A model generated the notes under the pieces. It made no database searches. It saw only the letters and a list, made by a program, of their open reading frames with translations, and was not told where the DNA came from. Source: Vicugna vicugna (lineage: Eukaryota). From it: a stretch of DNA of 64,000 nucleotides. The stretch covers positions 982,020 to 1,046,019 of the forward strand of contig MU058257.1 in NCBI GenBank assembly GCA_013265495.1. Direction: 5' to 3'. The position numbers were made by a program, and so were the translations under genes. Shown here in pieces: positions 37,716 through 51,620 of the stretch (its first letter is position 1; every line of letters starts with the position of its first letter).

Positions 37716-38639
37716 GTCTCCAAGGTCTGGCCAGTCGAGCGGCCAGCCCACGGTCTACCCTGATCCTTGTTTGATCTCAGAGAAGAGGTCAGTTTAAGAG
37801 GATGCTGTCTGTTCCCTGTGCCGACAAGCACACCCCATCGCTACTCGGACCTCGTCTTCTAAAACCGTCTCACCGTCACCGATATCCACAGGCTCCTTTG
37901 AGAACATGGCTCCTGAATGGTAATATTATGTGATTATTTTAAAAAAAAAAGAAATCTGGCTTTGACTCTAGGCCAAAATTTAGTTTTAAAGATTTTCCAG
38001 TGTCTTTATCACGTTACTGTCCCAATGCTACGGTTTCCTAGAAGAATCATTTGGAAACCTTCCCCATAATTCTTAATCTTTTCCCCTTGTATTTTCCTTT
38101 CCTTGTTGCCCTAAGAGCTACCCCTAAAGTGGCAAAAACACCTGTTGCTCTCGGTGTCTTCCTTCCCACAGAATCAATCCCAAGAGTTGGGGACGTTTCA
38201 GAGAGAGCCTGGTGCCAGGAGCCCTCAGCTCTCCCGGGACAGAGCTACACAGCTCCCCCCGCCGGGCTCCGTGGCTGGAGCTTCTGGCTTCCCCAGCAGC
38301 TCGGCCCCGTGGCCAAGCTCAAGCTTGGGCACCAGACCACTCATGAAGAAGGCATTAACGAAGCCCAGAGAGCAAGTGCATGGTTCATTAAGGCCTGGCC
38401 TGTCACATGTCACTATAATACATTCAACCTCCCAAATACAGGGCTTTTAGGTCCTCTGCCGAGCTTTAGATCTGCCCCCAAACCTGCCACACTGGGACGA
38501 ACAGAAACTCCCTATGGGCCGAGCATTACAAATCCATAGCTATTCTCTGTGCTCAGTCTTGCTTCCCCTCTCTGAAGAAAGCCTTACCAAAAATGTATTC
38601 TCCTAAGCCTTGATAGGGTTGGAAAGCTGTCAGCCAGAT

Positions 38640-39165
38640 GCTGGCCAGACATGTTTTAAAAAAAAATGGCCTCAACTTATTTGACACTATTCCATTGAGA
38701 GGCGGGGCATGCAATCTCTTCCCTGAACTCTAGGCAGGCTTGTCACGGCTTCGACCAAAGGAGTGAAGGGTGCTTTGTGGCTTCTGAGTGTGGGTCAGCT
38801 AAGACAATGCAGCTCCCTCTCCGGCCCCGCGGAGCACCCTCTCCATCCTTTCCCCGGACGCCTCTTCATGCACCCAGCCCCACGCTGTGAGAAGCCTGAG
38901 CTCCGTGGAGCTGCCGCCTGTCAGGGATCAGGGGACAGTGCCAGCTGAGCCCTTGTGGCTGGGGTGCGAGTGAGGAAGCCTCCAAATGATTTTGGCCCCC
39001 GGCTTTTTGAGCCACCGGCGGCCATTTGCCTCTTCCCAGCTGAGGCCCTAAACATCACAGTGCAGAGACAAGCCACCCTGCTGGGCCCTGTCCAAATTCC
39101 TGAGCCATCATCGGCAAGCAGCGATAAAACGGTGATTGTTCCGGGTCACAACGTCTACAGATAAA
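38640..39165 (+). mobile_element. MLT1-type (MaLR) LTR
   Basis: cttcccagctgaggccctaaacatcacagtgcagagacaagcc...tgtccaaattcctga. Confidence 0.65.
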
Positions 39166-39175
39166 TGGGACGTAC

Positions 39176-39336
39176 GAAATAACAGAGGACAAGAAAGGCG
39201 AGGCCGTAATTGAAATAAAGATGGCTTCCTATAGTCCAGCCAGGTCTGAAACGGGAAAGGACACTCAAAAGCCACGCTCACGCCCTGGATGAGAGACGTA
39301 GACTTAGATGAAGACGCATTGGTGGCTTTATTTGCT
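39176..39336 (-). pseudogene. Disrupted exon (KATNA/VFI*VY...PFQTWLD)
   Basis: Acceptor gtgtgaactgcag|AGC, donor TTC|gtacgt; with one frameshift it reads like GTDANVFI.IY. Confidence 0.45.
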
Positions 39337-41574
39337 CTGCAGTTCACACAAGGTTTAGGACAGAAAGAGGTGGGATTATGGAAATGGCTCAATAAATTCT
39401 TGTCGGACTGATAGGATAAACCAAATCTCACAAGATGAAATGTAACAGAGATGAATATAAAATGCTCCATCTGTGCTAAAAAATAAGTCACCCAAACAAC
39501 ATGGTATGACCTAACTCCCGGCAACACCATAAAAGGTTTAGATGTTGAGAGCAGTCTTCACGGAGACCAAGAGCCCAGGGAGGCGGCCTTGAGAAATAAA
39601 GTGGTCTGAGCCAGACTGAAAGGAAGCAAGTCTCCAGAATCAGGGCTTGGAGCGGGTCGTGGATGGCCGGCCTCTGCTCTCTGGAGTCTGGGCGTTCTGG
39701 GGGTTCGTCATGGACATTTCTCTTCAGAACCAACTGAAGCACGCAGCGTGGTGCGGAGGGGCTCGGAGAGCATCCCTCAGGGGGAAGACACGGGGAGCAG
39801 GAGGCTTTACTCAGGAAAGGGAAGTTTGTGGGTTTCATAATAACTGTCTTCAACTTTACGGAGGCGAGTCAAGTTGGATGGGACGAGCATCCGTGTATAC
39901 AGCCCCAAGGAGGGAGCCGTGAACACCCCGAGGGGGACCCCACGGAGCGACATGAAGTCAACATAGAGAAGAGTTTCACACCAAGTCATCCCAAGTCGTC
40001 CACTCCACCCAAGGCCGGAGCTAAGTGCTGAGAGATGCCGTCAGTACCGCAAAGTAAGAAGTACTTGGTAGGGACGGCCCAGAGGAGATTAAAGGACCAA
40101 AAACGTCATTTAAGCGTTGAGTCTCCTGAATTCTTTTGGAGATCATTTCTAGTTCAACCTGTGTGAATAAAATGTCAGTTATCCCCTCTTTTGTCCATTC
40201 AGTCAACAAATGCTTATTAAGTGCCTATGAGCCAGGCTCTGTTCCAGGCAGATAACGGAGGGAAGGAGGACTGAAAATTCAACCCTACCCTCCAGGATCC
40301 CGTGGTATGGTCAGGGGCTTGAGGCAAATATTAGAGTGGAAAGTACAACCGAAAAACCTGCAAAGAAGGAGAGTCAAGCTGCTGCTAATCCCAGGTAAAG
40401 TGCAGTGCAGTGATCCTGAAATTTCTCCCCGCTGCATTTTGATGTTGTGCTGAGCTGGACCCCAGCACACGGCGTAAGTAAGAGTCTCACATCGCTATCT
40501 TATTTGCAGCAGCTTCAGGCTCAGTGTTGGGGTTCTGCTGAAGAAATACAAGAAACCTGTGCTGACGTTTTGTTTCAGAAGCACGTGTCCAGAGTTCCCG
40601 AATCCCCCAGTTTCCTAATTTTGATCCTCCCCAAAAGAGACCTTAGCAGTAGGAGGCAGTGATGAATTAGGAAGGTTATTTATTGTGGTTAAAGAGAAAT
40701 GACTAGAAAAGAAGGAGATATTGGGACGTTCAAAGCAAACACAAAGGTTACAACATTTACCGCTATGCTCATAATGTGCTGTTAAGTGTAACTATCACCT
40801 TAATGATAATGATACTGGCTGGCCCGGGAGAGCCCTCAGTATCCTATAAATTTAAAGGACTTCTTAAGGTTGGTTTGATTTTGAACATATCGTCTGCTCT
40901 CTTATTGCTGCAGTGAAATCTCATTCCCCCTCCTCACAAGCACAGACTCCTGGGTGCTTTGACAGTTGACATCAGGGCTCTTCCTTGGCCAGCTGTCAGA
41001 GGTGTCTCTCCCCTGGAGGCGGCACGCATGATGGAAATGACACATATGTGCACAGCCGCCAAGGCAGGCAGAGCTGTGAGCCGGCAGCCCTGGCTTCCCC
41101 GTACAACCAGCTGCTGCACACTGAGCACCTCAGCTCCTCACCAGAGAGGAGAACAAAGAGTGAGAGAGGGATCCAGCGCTATCCTGGCTTTCGGGTTGAG
41201 AAATATGAGGGTTATTCAGTTCCACTTGTCATCCACTGTTGGAATCATCTATTAAACATCACTGAAAAATGGCCACTCAGAACAGCAGGAGAGCACTGCT
41301 TTGGGGCAACAACTCATTCTTTGGATGAATACGTTCTCGGCGTATTGAAATAAGACTGGAATCCCTCCAGGAGCTGGCGTGTCAGTCATGGCTCTGCCCT
41401 GCACCGTCTCTAGAGCATGGCAAGTAGCTGGCATGTCCTCCAGCCTTTGCCATCCGGACTAAGTGACCCTCGTCCCTCTTATCACTTCTTCCATGGCCTG
41501 ATTTCCATCTCCTCATCCTCACCACTGCCAACTTGGACACTTTCTAATTTGCTAATGTTCCTCTTTTTTTTAAC

Positions 41575-41850
41575 CATTTTTTAATTATTGAAGTGTAGTC
41601 AGTTGACAATGTCGTGCCAATTTCTGGTGTCCAGCATCATGTTTCAGTCATACGTGTACATACATATATTTCTTTGCATGTTCTTACTTATAGGTTACTG
41701 CAAGATATTGAATATAGTTCCCTGTGCTGTACAGAAGAAACTTGTTATTTACCTATTTTATATACAGTAGTTAGTATCTCTAAATCTTAAACTTTCAATT
41801 TGTCCCTTCCCACCTCCTTTCCCCCTTGGTAACCATAAGTTTGTTTTCCT
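41575..41850 (-). mobile_element. L1 3' UTR fragment
   Basis: ttattgaagtgtagtcagttgacaatg...ggtaaccataagtttgttttc. Confidence 0.8.
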
Positions 41851-43099
41851 CTTCTTGTGGTTTCCGGACTTTGATACAAGCCTGCAGCTGAGTTAACCTC
41901 TTAAGGGAACTGTGCAGTTACCGCTTCCTTAAATTGGGCACATCCTTCCTCAATTTGACATATTTATCGTCTCTGTATTTATTTCGTGCCCATTCCAAGG
42001 CCAAGTCCAGGCCCACACAGAGCTAAGACAGAAATGCTGATAAAGACCTTCCACCGCGCAAATCTAGATCCATTGTCCAAACAACACAATCCCACCCAAC
42101 TTTGTTATCTAAAGCTTTGTGTATCTACCGTCTTCCTAACGGTCTTGTGCGTGCATCAATTCAACAAGGACTAACTGAGCGCTGACTCTGTGCCAAACAC
42201 TGTGCTAAATTCTTCACTGAAACCAATGTATGTGAAGACTGTGGCACGTCTGCCACTCCAGGGAGAAATGAGCTGGGTCTGATGTGGCAAAGGCATGCCG
42301 TTCCTCAGATACTCCACCCATCCTCAGAGCACTCACAAGCTTTCAGGTAAATCATCGATTCCAGGAGTGGCTGTGAGTCTCCACCCAGCCGACCAAACTG
42401 GGGTGGCCATTACCTCCTTTTCTCTGTTTTTTTAAAATCAGAGTGTTTTCCCATATCCACTGTCCTGTAAATTCTCATAAACTCTGGAATGAAATTCACC
42501 AAAGCCTAGGGATCTGGACCCATTTTAATGGTGGATGATCTCCTTGCCCACCGAGCTTTCCATCCTTCCTAGGTCTTGAACGTGGCGGCAAAGGGAGCTG
42601 GGAGGTGCTGTTCCCTCTGACCGCTGGGAACTGCACACCACATGCTCCAATCAGAGCTTGGTTTCTTTCTGCTTTTGCTCTGAATGGAAGGAAAAGTTCT
42701 TTCTGTTGCCTTTGTTTTCAGCTTTTCCTGATGCAGGACGCTCTTGGATAATTTCGTGGAGGGTATCCCATATTTCTCATAGGTCACCGTAACCAGCAGC
42801 AAGGCTACCTCTGGACCCTGAATCCCTCCTTTCCTTCCTCAGAGTAATCACGAATGCCTGTGTGGTCAGAGCGCACTTTTCTCTTACATCCTTCCCTCCT
42901 TAATGAACCACGTTCACATTAATAGTCTGTAACCAGGAAGCTGTACCGTATATTCTCTGAAGTCTATGAAATCTGCTTCCCTGAAATCCAGTGTTTATGC
43001 CTAACTGCTGAACGGTCCGGTTCCTTGCTCCTCTGGATTCCTGGACGATACTTTTCCCTTAATTCCAATGTCTCTGTCTTCACTTCATCATCCATACAC

Positions 43100-43271
43100 T
43101 CAGAACAAGTCTTTGAGAGGCTGGATCCTCTGAGCCAGGGAATTATCAGCTAGGGAAATCAAAGTTTCAGTAGCCCCACTGGCTAGGGAATTCAACCCTA
43201 ACACCCTCCTGATGGGGCAGGTGTAGTCCCCCCCCTTTCCTGGTGGAGAAATGGAAATTGTCAAGAAGTTC
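43100..43271 (-). pseudogene. Exon remnant (NFLTISISPPGKGGDYTCPIRRVLG)
   Basis: Resembles PLAT FL..V.V....G..Y.FPC.RWL; donor TGA|gtgtat; weak acceptor. Confidence 0.4.
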
Positions 43272-44201
43272 CTTGCGTGCATCCAGGCAGGCAGCTCAGT
43301 GGAGACCTGCCCACCAAACCTGCTTCTGCGTCTTCCAAGGACTGACCCACTCCCCAGCCTCCCTTGAAGTTCAAGCCAATGGAGTGTGAATGGAAACCAT
43401 TCACGCCATCCTAGTCTGACCCAGGAAGAACTCCCCCTCGCCCAAGCCCCAGGCGCTTCCTTCCTCCTCCGCTGGTGTGATGCAGCTGCAGGCGGGTCCT
43501 GGAAGCCAAATGTGGAATGCGGCCGAGCTACAGGAATGAAGGAAGTCGGGTCACGGAGGCCGCGTTAGACAGAGGGCCTCCCATTAATCTGCAATACCTT
43601 TCTTGAACAAGACGGAAGAATGAATTTTCCATAAGCCACTGAGACTTGAGATGTTACCTGCTACGGCTGCCAATGTTACCATAACTAAAACAGCAATTAA
43701 AACTCTCTGGAATGAAAGTTCAGATTTAGTTTAACCCCTAGTCCTGAGGTTCCTCCCCCATAAAACAGGGATAGTGGCAGGACCACCTCAGTGGGCACCA
43801 CGTGAGATACGGCCGGGAGGGGCTTGGCGACGCGCGGCGCCCGCGTCCAGGCCCTGCCCAGCACACTACGGGGCTGACGTTGTCGCTGCCTCTCACGTCC
43901 ACGGGCGGGTCCGCCCCTACAGCTACTTTGTAATTTCTCTGCAGTGACTTTATCTCGGCTGTGGTCTTGGCTGAGTGGGCTGTGCTCTTTGGCACATTCT
44001 TTCTAATTACCTTTCCCTTCCCTACACCTACGTGTTCTTCTCTGCGGGTCCACCCTTAGGTTAGCACAATTCTATATAGAAGAATTTTTAAAAACCCCTT
44101 TTTACTGATTACTATGCATGTCATACATTCATTTCAGATAAAATACACTTTTCCTTCTTTGCCATCATCATAAAACTCACGTTACCAAATATAATGGTAT
44201 A

Positions 44202-44516
44202 TAGACGTCCCTCAGCGTGCCTGGGGGTTGGTTCCAGGACCGTCATGGGTACCAAAATCCAGGGGTGCTCAAATTCTTCATATAAAAGGGCCTAGTATTT
44301 CCATGTGACCAATGTACACGTGCCAGGACACTGCAAATCACCTCTAGATGCTTGTAACACCTAATACGATGCAAATGGCAATGCAAATATTTGCCAGCAT
44401 GTGGCAAATTCAAGTTTTGCTCTTTGGAAATTTCTAGAATATCTTTTCTGAGTATTTTCAACCCATGGTTGGTTGAATCCCTGGGTTCGGAACCCACAGT
44501 TCTGGAGGGCCAACTG
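44202..44516 (+). mobile_element. MER2 (Tigger family) DNA transposon
   Basis: gtccctcag...ggttggttccaggacc...taccaaaatcc; ends gagggccaactg. Confidence 0.85.
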
Positions 44517-45017
44517 TGTTACCTTGGAGATAAAATTTGTCCGCTTGGCCAAAATTTTTAAGTAACAGTATTCCATTTCCAGTGCATCCCCAACTTGAAT
44601 TTCTAGACTAATCACCTGGAGATCTTGCTGGAATATACGATCTGATTCAGTGGAGCTGGGGTGGAGACAAGAGATTTTGCAGAACCAACCAGCTTGGAGT
44701 AGCGAGAATCTAGAGCTTTTTAAAAATATTTATCAGCCACCAGTGTGATTGCATTTCGTTTAATTCATGACAGGTGATAAACTTATCCTTTGCAAAATCC
44801 AGAAAAAAAGAAAACTAAGGCACTCAATAAAGATGAAGAGAAATTAATAGGTCTTTCAGGGCCAGAATAAGAAAAGCCAATGAAGAACTAGAACTCCATC
44901 TTCAAAAGATTTAGAGAAATCATCTCATAGTCTTTTAATATATTATAGAAGGAAATAGGGAACCATGTTAAGAATGAGCAGGGCAAGAGAAAATGTTGTC
45001 TTTTATTGGAGCAGAAG

Positions 45018-45190
45018 TTCTCAGGTTCTCAAATTTAGCACACGGCAGAATCGCCTCAAGGCTGGCTGGGATGCAGGCTGGTTATTCTGTGGTCAGGACC
45101 ATCTCATCATTTGCAATTCTGACCACTTCCCAGGTAATGCCAGTGCACCTGTTCAGGGGACCGGCCGCACACGGAGAACCTCTGGGTTGA
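45018..45190 (+). mobile_element. MER5A-like hAT element (another fragment at ~44580-44700)
   Basis: ggttctcaaattt...agaatcgcct...tttgcaattctgaccacttcccaggtaatgc. Confidence 0.55.
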
Positions 45191-46193
45191 AGGATGGGGG
45201 AAATGGCTGGTGAATTTCTAAAAAGTCCCTCTATTCTGTTTCAGTCTATATGCAGGAAAAGCTGGGGACAAAAGAAAGGAAAATGAGGCAAAAAACAAAA
45301 AAACAAAAAAAAACAACAGAAGCAGTTAAAATCCCCCCCAGGCCCTGACAACTTGAACTACAAACACTGGAGCACATGCCCAGAGTAATTTCAGGATCAT
45401 CAGCTTTCATTTTAAAGAGTTTTTGAAGGGTAAACGATATGACCAAAGCCGGGATGGAACAATTCAGATTCCTCTTCTAAACAGAGAAAGAAATGACCCT
45501 GAAAAAGCCTGGACTTCTGGCTTCTCTGCGAGGGAAGTCAGGGAAAAAGAGAGGAAATTATCACAAAATCTGTGGTCAAGCCCCTTGGAAAGAAGAGGGC
45601 AATGAGTAACAACCAGGACTGCTTCCAAAGGGAACGTCCTTTCACACAGTTTCAGACTTGGAAAGGATCTTAGCGTCACACACGCCCCCGCAGCTTACTT
45701 TAAAGATAAGAACACTGAAGTATAAAGTTACTCGTCCACGCCCAAGGTCATGCGGCAGAAGAAGGCGAGGGTCTTGGTCCCCTGGGTCTTTCCTGAGGCA
45801 GCTGCGGCCTCTGCCACTTGTCCCTGGCGGGCTCAGCTCTACCTGCCAGGTCGATGAGGACCGGCACATATTGGGAGCCCGTGTGCATCGTGCCCAAGTC
45901 CAACGGAGGCACAGCATCCTTGGTCCTAGTCCCAAGCTTTGTCCCATATGCCAACCGGCCACTCGGACAGGGCAGCAGTGACGGAGAGGTGGCTGACTGG
46001 CTGTCCCCGAGAAGCACTGCCTCTAACTGCCCTATGACAAGACTGCTCATGCCATGTGTGAAATGGACTCATCCCTTCCCTGGGGAAGAACAGAGCCCAG
46101 AGCCAGCCGTCCAGTACCAGAAAGTGCCAGCAGCACACAAGGGGGCGTTGCCCTGGACACCCGGTGGCAGCAGAGGAGGAAAGGGTGCCTTAC

Positions 46194-46290
46194 CCCCAGG
46201 TGCTTAGTGGGTCTACAGCTGTGTCGTTGAAGGTCCATCATCTCCACACCACAGAACAGAGCGCTCAGGATCGTCGTCTTTGGCACCGAG
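46194..46290 (-). pseudogene. Possible exon remnant (SALFCGVEMMDLQRHSCRPTKHLG); 5' boundary uncertain
   Basis: Good donor GGG|gtaagg; F....D......K.LG pattern. Confidence 0.3.
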
Positions 46291-46674
46291 TGTGCAACAT
46301 GAAAGCAGTTAGACCCCTCAGGTCTGCTGCCTCCAGGTGAAGCTTGGTACCAGACAGAATCACTCTTCAATGACGAGCCTAGACCAAGCTCTGATGTCCC
46401 GGCTTCTGGTTCAGAGTTCTTCCTACTTCACTGCACTGCCATCAAGATAGATTGTCTTAATATAATTTAAGGCCTTCCTACTATTGTCAAACCGAGGGAA
46501 GGAGGAAAGGTGGTGGAATATGTGTTTAGGTCATGCTGCTCTGTGAACAAAAAGGATTCTCCATAGCAGCTCGATTTCTCCACCTCAGCTGCATCCACCC
46601 CAGAGGTCTGTGCTCAGCCCGGTACAGCCTGAGCACCGGGGGCCTTCAAAAGATGCCAGATGACTCTTTTTGTT

Positions 46675-47200
46675 TTCTTAATAGACTTTATTCCTTTAGA
46701 ACAGCTTCAGGTTCACAACAGAATTGAGCAGAAAATACAGAGTTTGCACACAGCTCTCCCCACCCACACATATACACTCCCCTACCCTCAACACCCCTCA
46801 TCAGTATGGCATATTTGGTACAATCGATGAACCAACATGGGCACATTATTAGCAACCAAAGTCCATAGTTTACATTAGGGTTCACTCTTGATGTTGTACA
46901 TTCTATGGATTTTGACAAATGCATAATGACATGCAGCCACCACTATAGTATCATACAGAATAATTTCATCGCCCTAAAAATCCCTTGTGTTCCATCTGTT
47001 TATCCCTCCCTCCCTCCCTCTCCCCAAACCCCTGGAAACCATGATCTTTTTATTGTTTCTGTAGCTGTGCCTTTTCCAGAATGTCATTTGGTTGGAATCG
47101 TGCAGTTTGTAGCCTTTTCAGACTGGCTTCTTTCATTTAGTAATGTGTCTTTTAAGTTTCTTCCATGTCTTTCATGGCTTGATAGCTATTTTTTTTAATT
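46675..47200 (-). mobile_element. Older L1 (L1MA/L1MB-type) 3' UTR
   Basis: taatagactttatt...aggttcacaacagaattgagcagaaaatacagag; caaagtccatagtttacattagggttcactctt. Confidence 0.8.
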
Positions 47201-47955
47201 GCACATATATTTTTTAATTTACATATATGTACTGTTCATTGTTTCTAAGAACATTTAGAGCTTTAGCTTTTTAAACTTACATAGTTATCAAAGGAATAAA
47301 GCCAACCACAAAATAAGAATTAACTCAAAAAGATACACACCAGTGGACGCTCAAAGCAGAGAGAATCACTGCTCTGTAGGAACCTCCCTGTCTGACTTCA
47401 CAGGGGCAGAGAACTTCAGAGATGCCAGAGGTGTGGCCTCCTACAAGCAGATCACACATCCCAACAAAGGAATGAAATCCAGAATCTCCTGGTCTGACTG
47501 GGAAGGGGGTTTCCAGGCAAGGGAAAGGGCAGATAGACCCAGGCTGCTCCACCCTTCCCCCCTCCACCAAGTGTCATTGCCCCCGGGGGGTCCCCTTCAC
47601 CACTATGACTACGATGAATGTGCTGCCAAGTGTCCTGCTGCCACTGCCACCGCCACCGTCACCATTAGATGTTCAGATCACAGCTTAGACCAAAGCCCTT
47701 TCCTTGGCTCCTGTTGTGTGACTGATAAAGGCTCTACAACCTGTCCTAAAGCAGAGGCTGAAGATGGAGGGACGGATAGCCCAGGGGATATCCGTATCCT
47801 GGCTTCCCAAGTCCAACATCTGTAGTCTACCTTGCTCCCTGAGACAGGCAGACACCTTGCCATTCGAGTCACGAGTCCAGGAAAGGGGCCCCTTCCAGGG
47901 AAACTCCTCTCACCCCCCTCTTAACACTTGTCCCAGTTGAAAATCAGGCTGTAGG

Positions 47956-48170
47956 CAGGGCTCTCCAGCTGCGCCTTCTATGACAATGGAAAAGTCCTGT
48001 GTGGTCCTGTCCATCGCAGCAGTTCTGGCCAACTTCAGCCACAGGAGCCACTGGGCATTTCAAAGGCGCCTGGTCCAGCCGATGAACTGAATTCTTGTTG
48101 TATTTAATTTTAATCAGTTTATGTTTAAACAGTCATATGTGGCCAGTGGCCAATGTGGTAGATGATGCCA
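47956..48170. mobile_element. MER3/MER33-like hAT element
   Basis: gaactgaattcttgttgtatttaattttaat...agtcatatgtggccagtggc. Confidence 0.6.
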
Positions 48171-48194
48171 CACAAGGATGCTATTGAAGACTTA

Positions 48195-48710
48195 TTTTTA
48201 AAATTTATTTTTTTATTGAAGTGTAGTTGATTTACAGTGTTGTGTTAGAGTCAGGTGTACAGCAAAGTGACTCAGTTATACATGTACACATGTATATAAT
48301 CTTTTTCATTATAGTTATTATGGAATACTGAATACAGTTCCCTGTGCTGTACAGTAGGACCTTGTTGTTTATCTATTTTATATACAGTAGTGTGTATCCG
48401 CTAATCCCAAACTCCTAATTTATCCCTCCCCCCAACCTTTCCCCCCTTGGTAACCACAGTTTGATTTCTCTGTTTGTGAGACTATTTTCAGTTTGTAAAT
48501 AAGATCATTTGTATCATTTTCTTTTAGATTCCACGTAGAAGTGATATCACATGATATCTGTCTTTCTCTGCCTGACTTACTTCACTTAGTGTGACAACGT
48601 CCAGGTCCATCCATGTTGTGGCAAATGGCATTATTTCATTTCCTTTTATGGCTAATATTCCAACTTCTTTATCCAGTCTCTACTGATGGACATTTAGGTT
48701 GCTTCCATGA
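48195..48710 (-). mobile_element. L1 3' end
   Basis: ttttattgaagtgtagttgatttacagtg...gatggacatttaggttgcttccatg. Confidence 0.85.
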
Positions 48711-48753
48711 CTAAGAAATATTCTATTCTTCAACATCTTACAGCCTGACTCAC

Positions 48754-48811
48754 GTAAAAGTGAGTTCTTCGTTCTCAGAATGGGACAACACGGCGCCCTA
48801 TAGAGGAGTTC
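48754..48811 (-). pseudogene. Small exon, 58 nt
   Basis: Strong acceptor tgtttccctgtctttctttctgaag|GAA and consensus donor TAC|gtgagt. Confidence 0.5.
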
Positions 48812-48926
48812 CTTCAGAAAGAAAGACAGGGAAACAGAGCCCATGACCTCAACAGAAGCCAGAGGCCCTGGCACCCGGCCCAGCCACGACCCAGGTGAAA
48901 GGTAAACGCGTTGCTGTTTCCATCAC

Positions 48927-49097
48927 CGAGAGAAGCCCCTGACAAGCCCGCACTTTATTAGGACTGGGGGGAGAGCCATGCAGGAACGCTGCAGCCCCGC
49001 GCTTCTCTGCGTTGCCCAGCCCGTCCTGCTCTCATTGGAATCAGGTTTCTCTGCCGTCGCATTCCTGTTACATGAGCACTTCCTGGTTCCATAAACA
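48927..49097 (-). pseudogene. Possible exon remnant
   Basis: Acceptor cgtctctttgcag|TGT, donor TCG|gtgatg; reading frame ambiguous. Confidence 0.3.
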
Positions 49098-49826
49098 CTG
49101 CAAAGAGACGTTCGGGACCCCCAAACCAAACAAAGCCAAACACCAAGGTTTTGTTTTTAGTAACTTAACCTTATGAACCGCCTTGTTGTGTTCATTCAAA
49201 TGGGTAACAAGGGCCGGATTTAGATTCTCAGATAATCTGAAAGGCAAGGGAAACAGCATTTGACTCAGAGAGTTAGAAAGTAGAGGAGGAGTTAAGATCT
49301 GCCGTTAACATCTGAGCTCATTAAGCCCTTAACAGTTGCCTTGACCTCAATTGACTTGCCCCCCCCCCAGCGGCCTCCCCCCTCGGCCTGGCCCCTCGGG
49401 CGGGCGCCGCGCAGAAATGCTGAAGAGCCTGGCCTGGGGACTCAGGCTGCCTGGGGTAGAAAGCTCACCTCAGTCACCGCGTGACCTCGGGCAAGCTGCT
49501 TAATTCTCTGGCTTAGCTCCTCACATGCTAAACAGGATAATAATAATCTCAGTCACAGAGCTGTCTGAGAAACAGCTGAGTTAATGCTTATAAAACACCT
49601 AGAAAAAACTGCCCAGAACATGCTCATTTCTTAATTCATTTAAGTCATTGCGAGCAGTGACAAATGTTTATCCCGCCGCTCACTGGCTGTGCAACCTTCG
49701 TCCACCTGCTTCTCTTCTAGGACGTGTGCCTTGTCTCCACTGAAAAAGGACAACGCAGTTGTCGTCAGAGGGCTGCTGCGAAGAGCGAAGGAGAGGCCAC
49801 TTATGGAGGTGACGTGAGACAGGAAG

Positions 49827-50332
49827 TGAGAAGAGGGCGGACACACCTGGCTCCACGTTGGATCTCTTTCTTCCACTCTAACCTTTGTGTTCTGTTGCTT
49901 TTGCTGCAAAGTAAGAACGTCGCCCAGAGCCTGGAATATACAGGAGAGCCCATTCTAAGGCTCTGACCTTGAAGGGGAGAACGCTTCCCGTTCCATTCGT
50001 ATAGAGATAGAAAGTTGCAGAACAGAGAATAACATTTGTCCTGTTGGAGATTTACAGGGACATCGTGACCAGGCCGACCTACATGGACACCTGCAAGAAC
50101 AAAGGATTCCTACACCGACACGTTTGCAACAACCAACCACACCCCTTCCCCTTTTAGTATAAAAAGAGCTTGAACTCTTACTTGGGGAAGATGGTTCTTT
50201 GGGACACTAGTCTTCTCAGTGAGCTGACTTTCTGAATAAATTTGGTATTTTTTGCCCCGACAACTCAACAACTCACCTCCCAGTTTATTGGCCTGTCATG
50301 CAGGGAACAGTACGAGTTTGAACTTGGGAACA
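49827..50332 (+). mobile_element. Solo LTR, ERV1-like, copy 2
   Basis: TG...CA with perfect 4-bp TSD gaag; TATA agtataaaa; aataaa; homologous to 9304-9820. Confidence 0.88.
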
Positions 50333-51399
50333 GAAGCAGCTGGATGTTCCCCAAGGTTCAAGGGAGACGGCGGCCAGGCTCTGCCAGAACCTCAGGGGGG
50401 TCCAGGTCTGCACGCTGATCCTCCGCTCTGCAGACTCAAAGTCTGATGGGCATCCAGTGGGGTGGACTGACCACAGCCAGGCTGGCGGGGCTGAAAAACA
50501 CAGGCAGAATGAGCTGAACGCCCATTTCCTCACCTGTCCTGAGAAACACAACCAGCATCTGAGGCTGACGAGGTACCTCAGAGCATTTTCACTTTGTACC
50601 CACACCACAGGTAACGCCAGAGCAAGACGAGAGCTGCTCAAAACGAAGGTCACACACTCCAGACAAAGGGGCTCGAGGGCGCAGAAGGTGACCTCAGGTG
50701 TGTCCCTCTCTTCAGACAGCTGAGGATCCAAGCCAGGGATCCTCCACTGGGTCCTTCCTCCTGCCTGAGCACTCTCACCCACTTGGGGATGGAATAAACA
50801 TCACCAAAGTCTTGCCTCCAAGATGCCCCCCGCCCCCACACTGATGCTGCCCAGAATGCTGCTTCCTAGTGAGACACGTGCTCACTGGTCATCTTCTGGT
50901 CCAGCGACCAGGAAGTCATCCGGTCCCTGTTTCCTTGTCTCCATGCTCATCCTGTAGACGTTGACATCATTGTTGGATGCTCACGGGGTCAGCTCCCCCC
51001 ACCACCCCAGTTCTCAGGGACTGCTTCCCAAGTTCACATAACAAAAGACTAAAACAAATATGGGATTGTTTTTGTGTAGCTAGTGATTTAAGGTTATAGT
51101 TACCTCATGAAAGAGTCTGAAGCCATTCTGTCCCGAGGGTGTGTTTGTTTGTTTTCTTTGTGTGCTGGATGTCTTCCCTTTGATCCTCCAGACCCACTCT
51201 CCATCTTCTCCACCCTCCTTCCTGCCTCAGAAGGTTGATGGATATGGATTCCATCACTAGACTCCTGGACTCCAGCCTTGACAGAAGGCAGGGAGGGAGC
51301 AGAGGCAATCAGGGTATTTACTGCCCTTGGCCCCCCTTCTGAGATACTGCCCGGGCTTATTCGCATTGCTCAAGCAAATGTCCCTGTCCCTCTCTGGAA

Positions 51400-51620
51400 G
51401 ATCCCTCTGTAAGTGGCTTAAGAACTCCAGACACCACTCCCTCCCCTTGTCTCCTCAGCCCTCGTCATGGTGGCTTCTCTGCTGCTGTTAACCCCAGGTT
51501 ACTGCAATATTCCTTTGTGCTCCCCTACATTTTCATAAAGAGTCCCTTTGTGAACTAACCTTTGAAATTTCCTAATTTGAGTGAGCCATCTGTTCCTTGT
51601 TGGTACCCTGAATGACGCAC
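51400..51620 (+). mobile_element. Old ERVL-type LTR 3' part (LTR16/33-like)
   Basis: ctaatttgagtgagccatctgttccttgttggtaccctga resembles an LTR16-class terminus. Confidence 0.4.
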
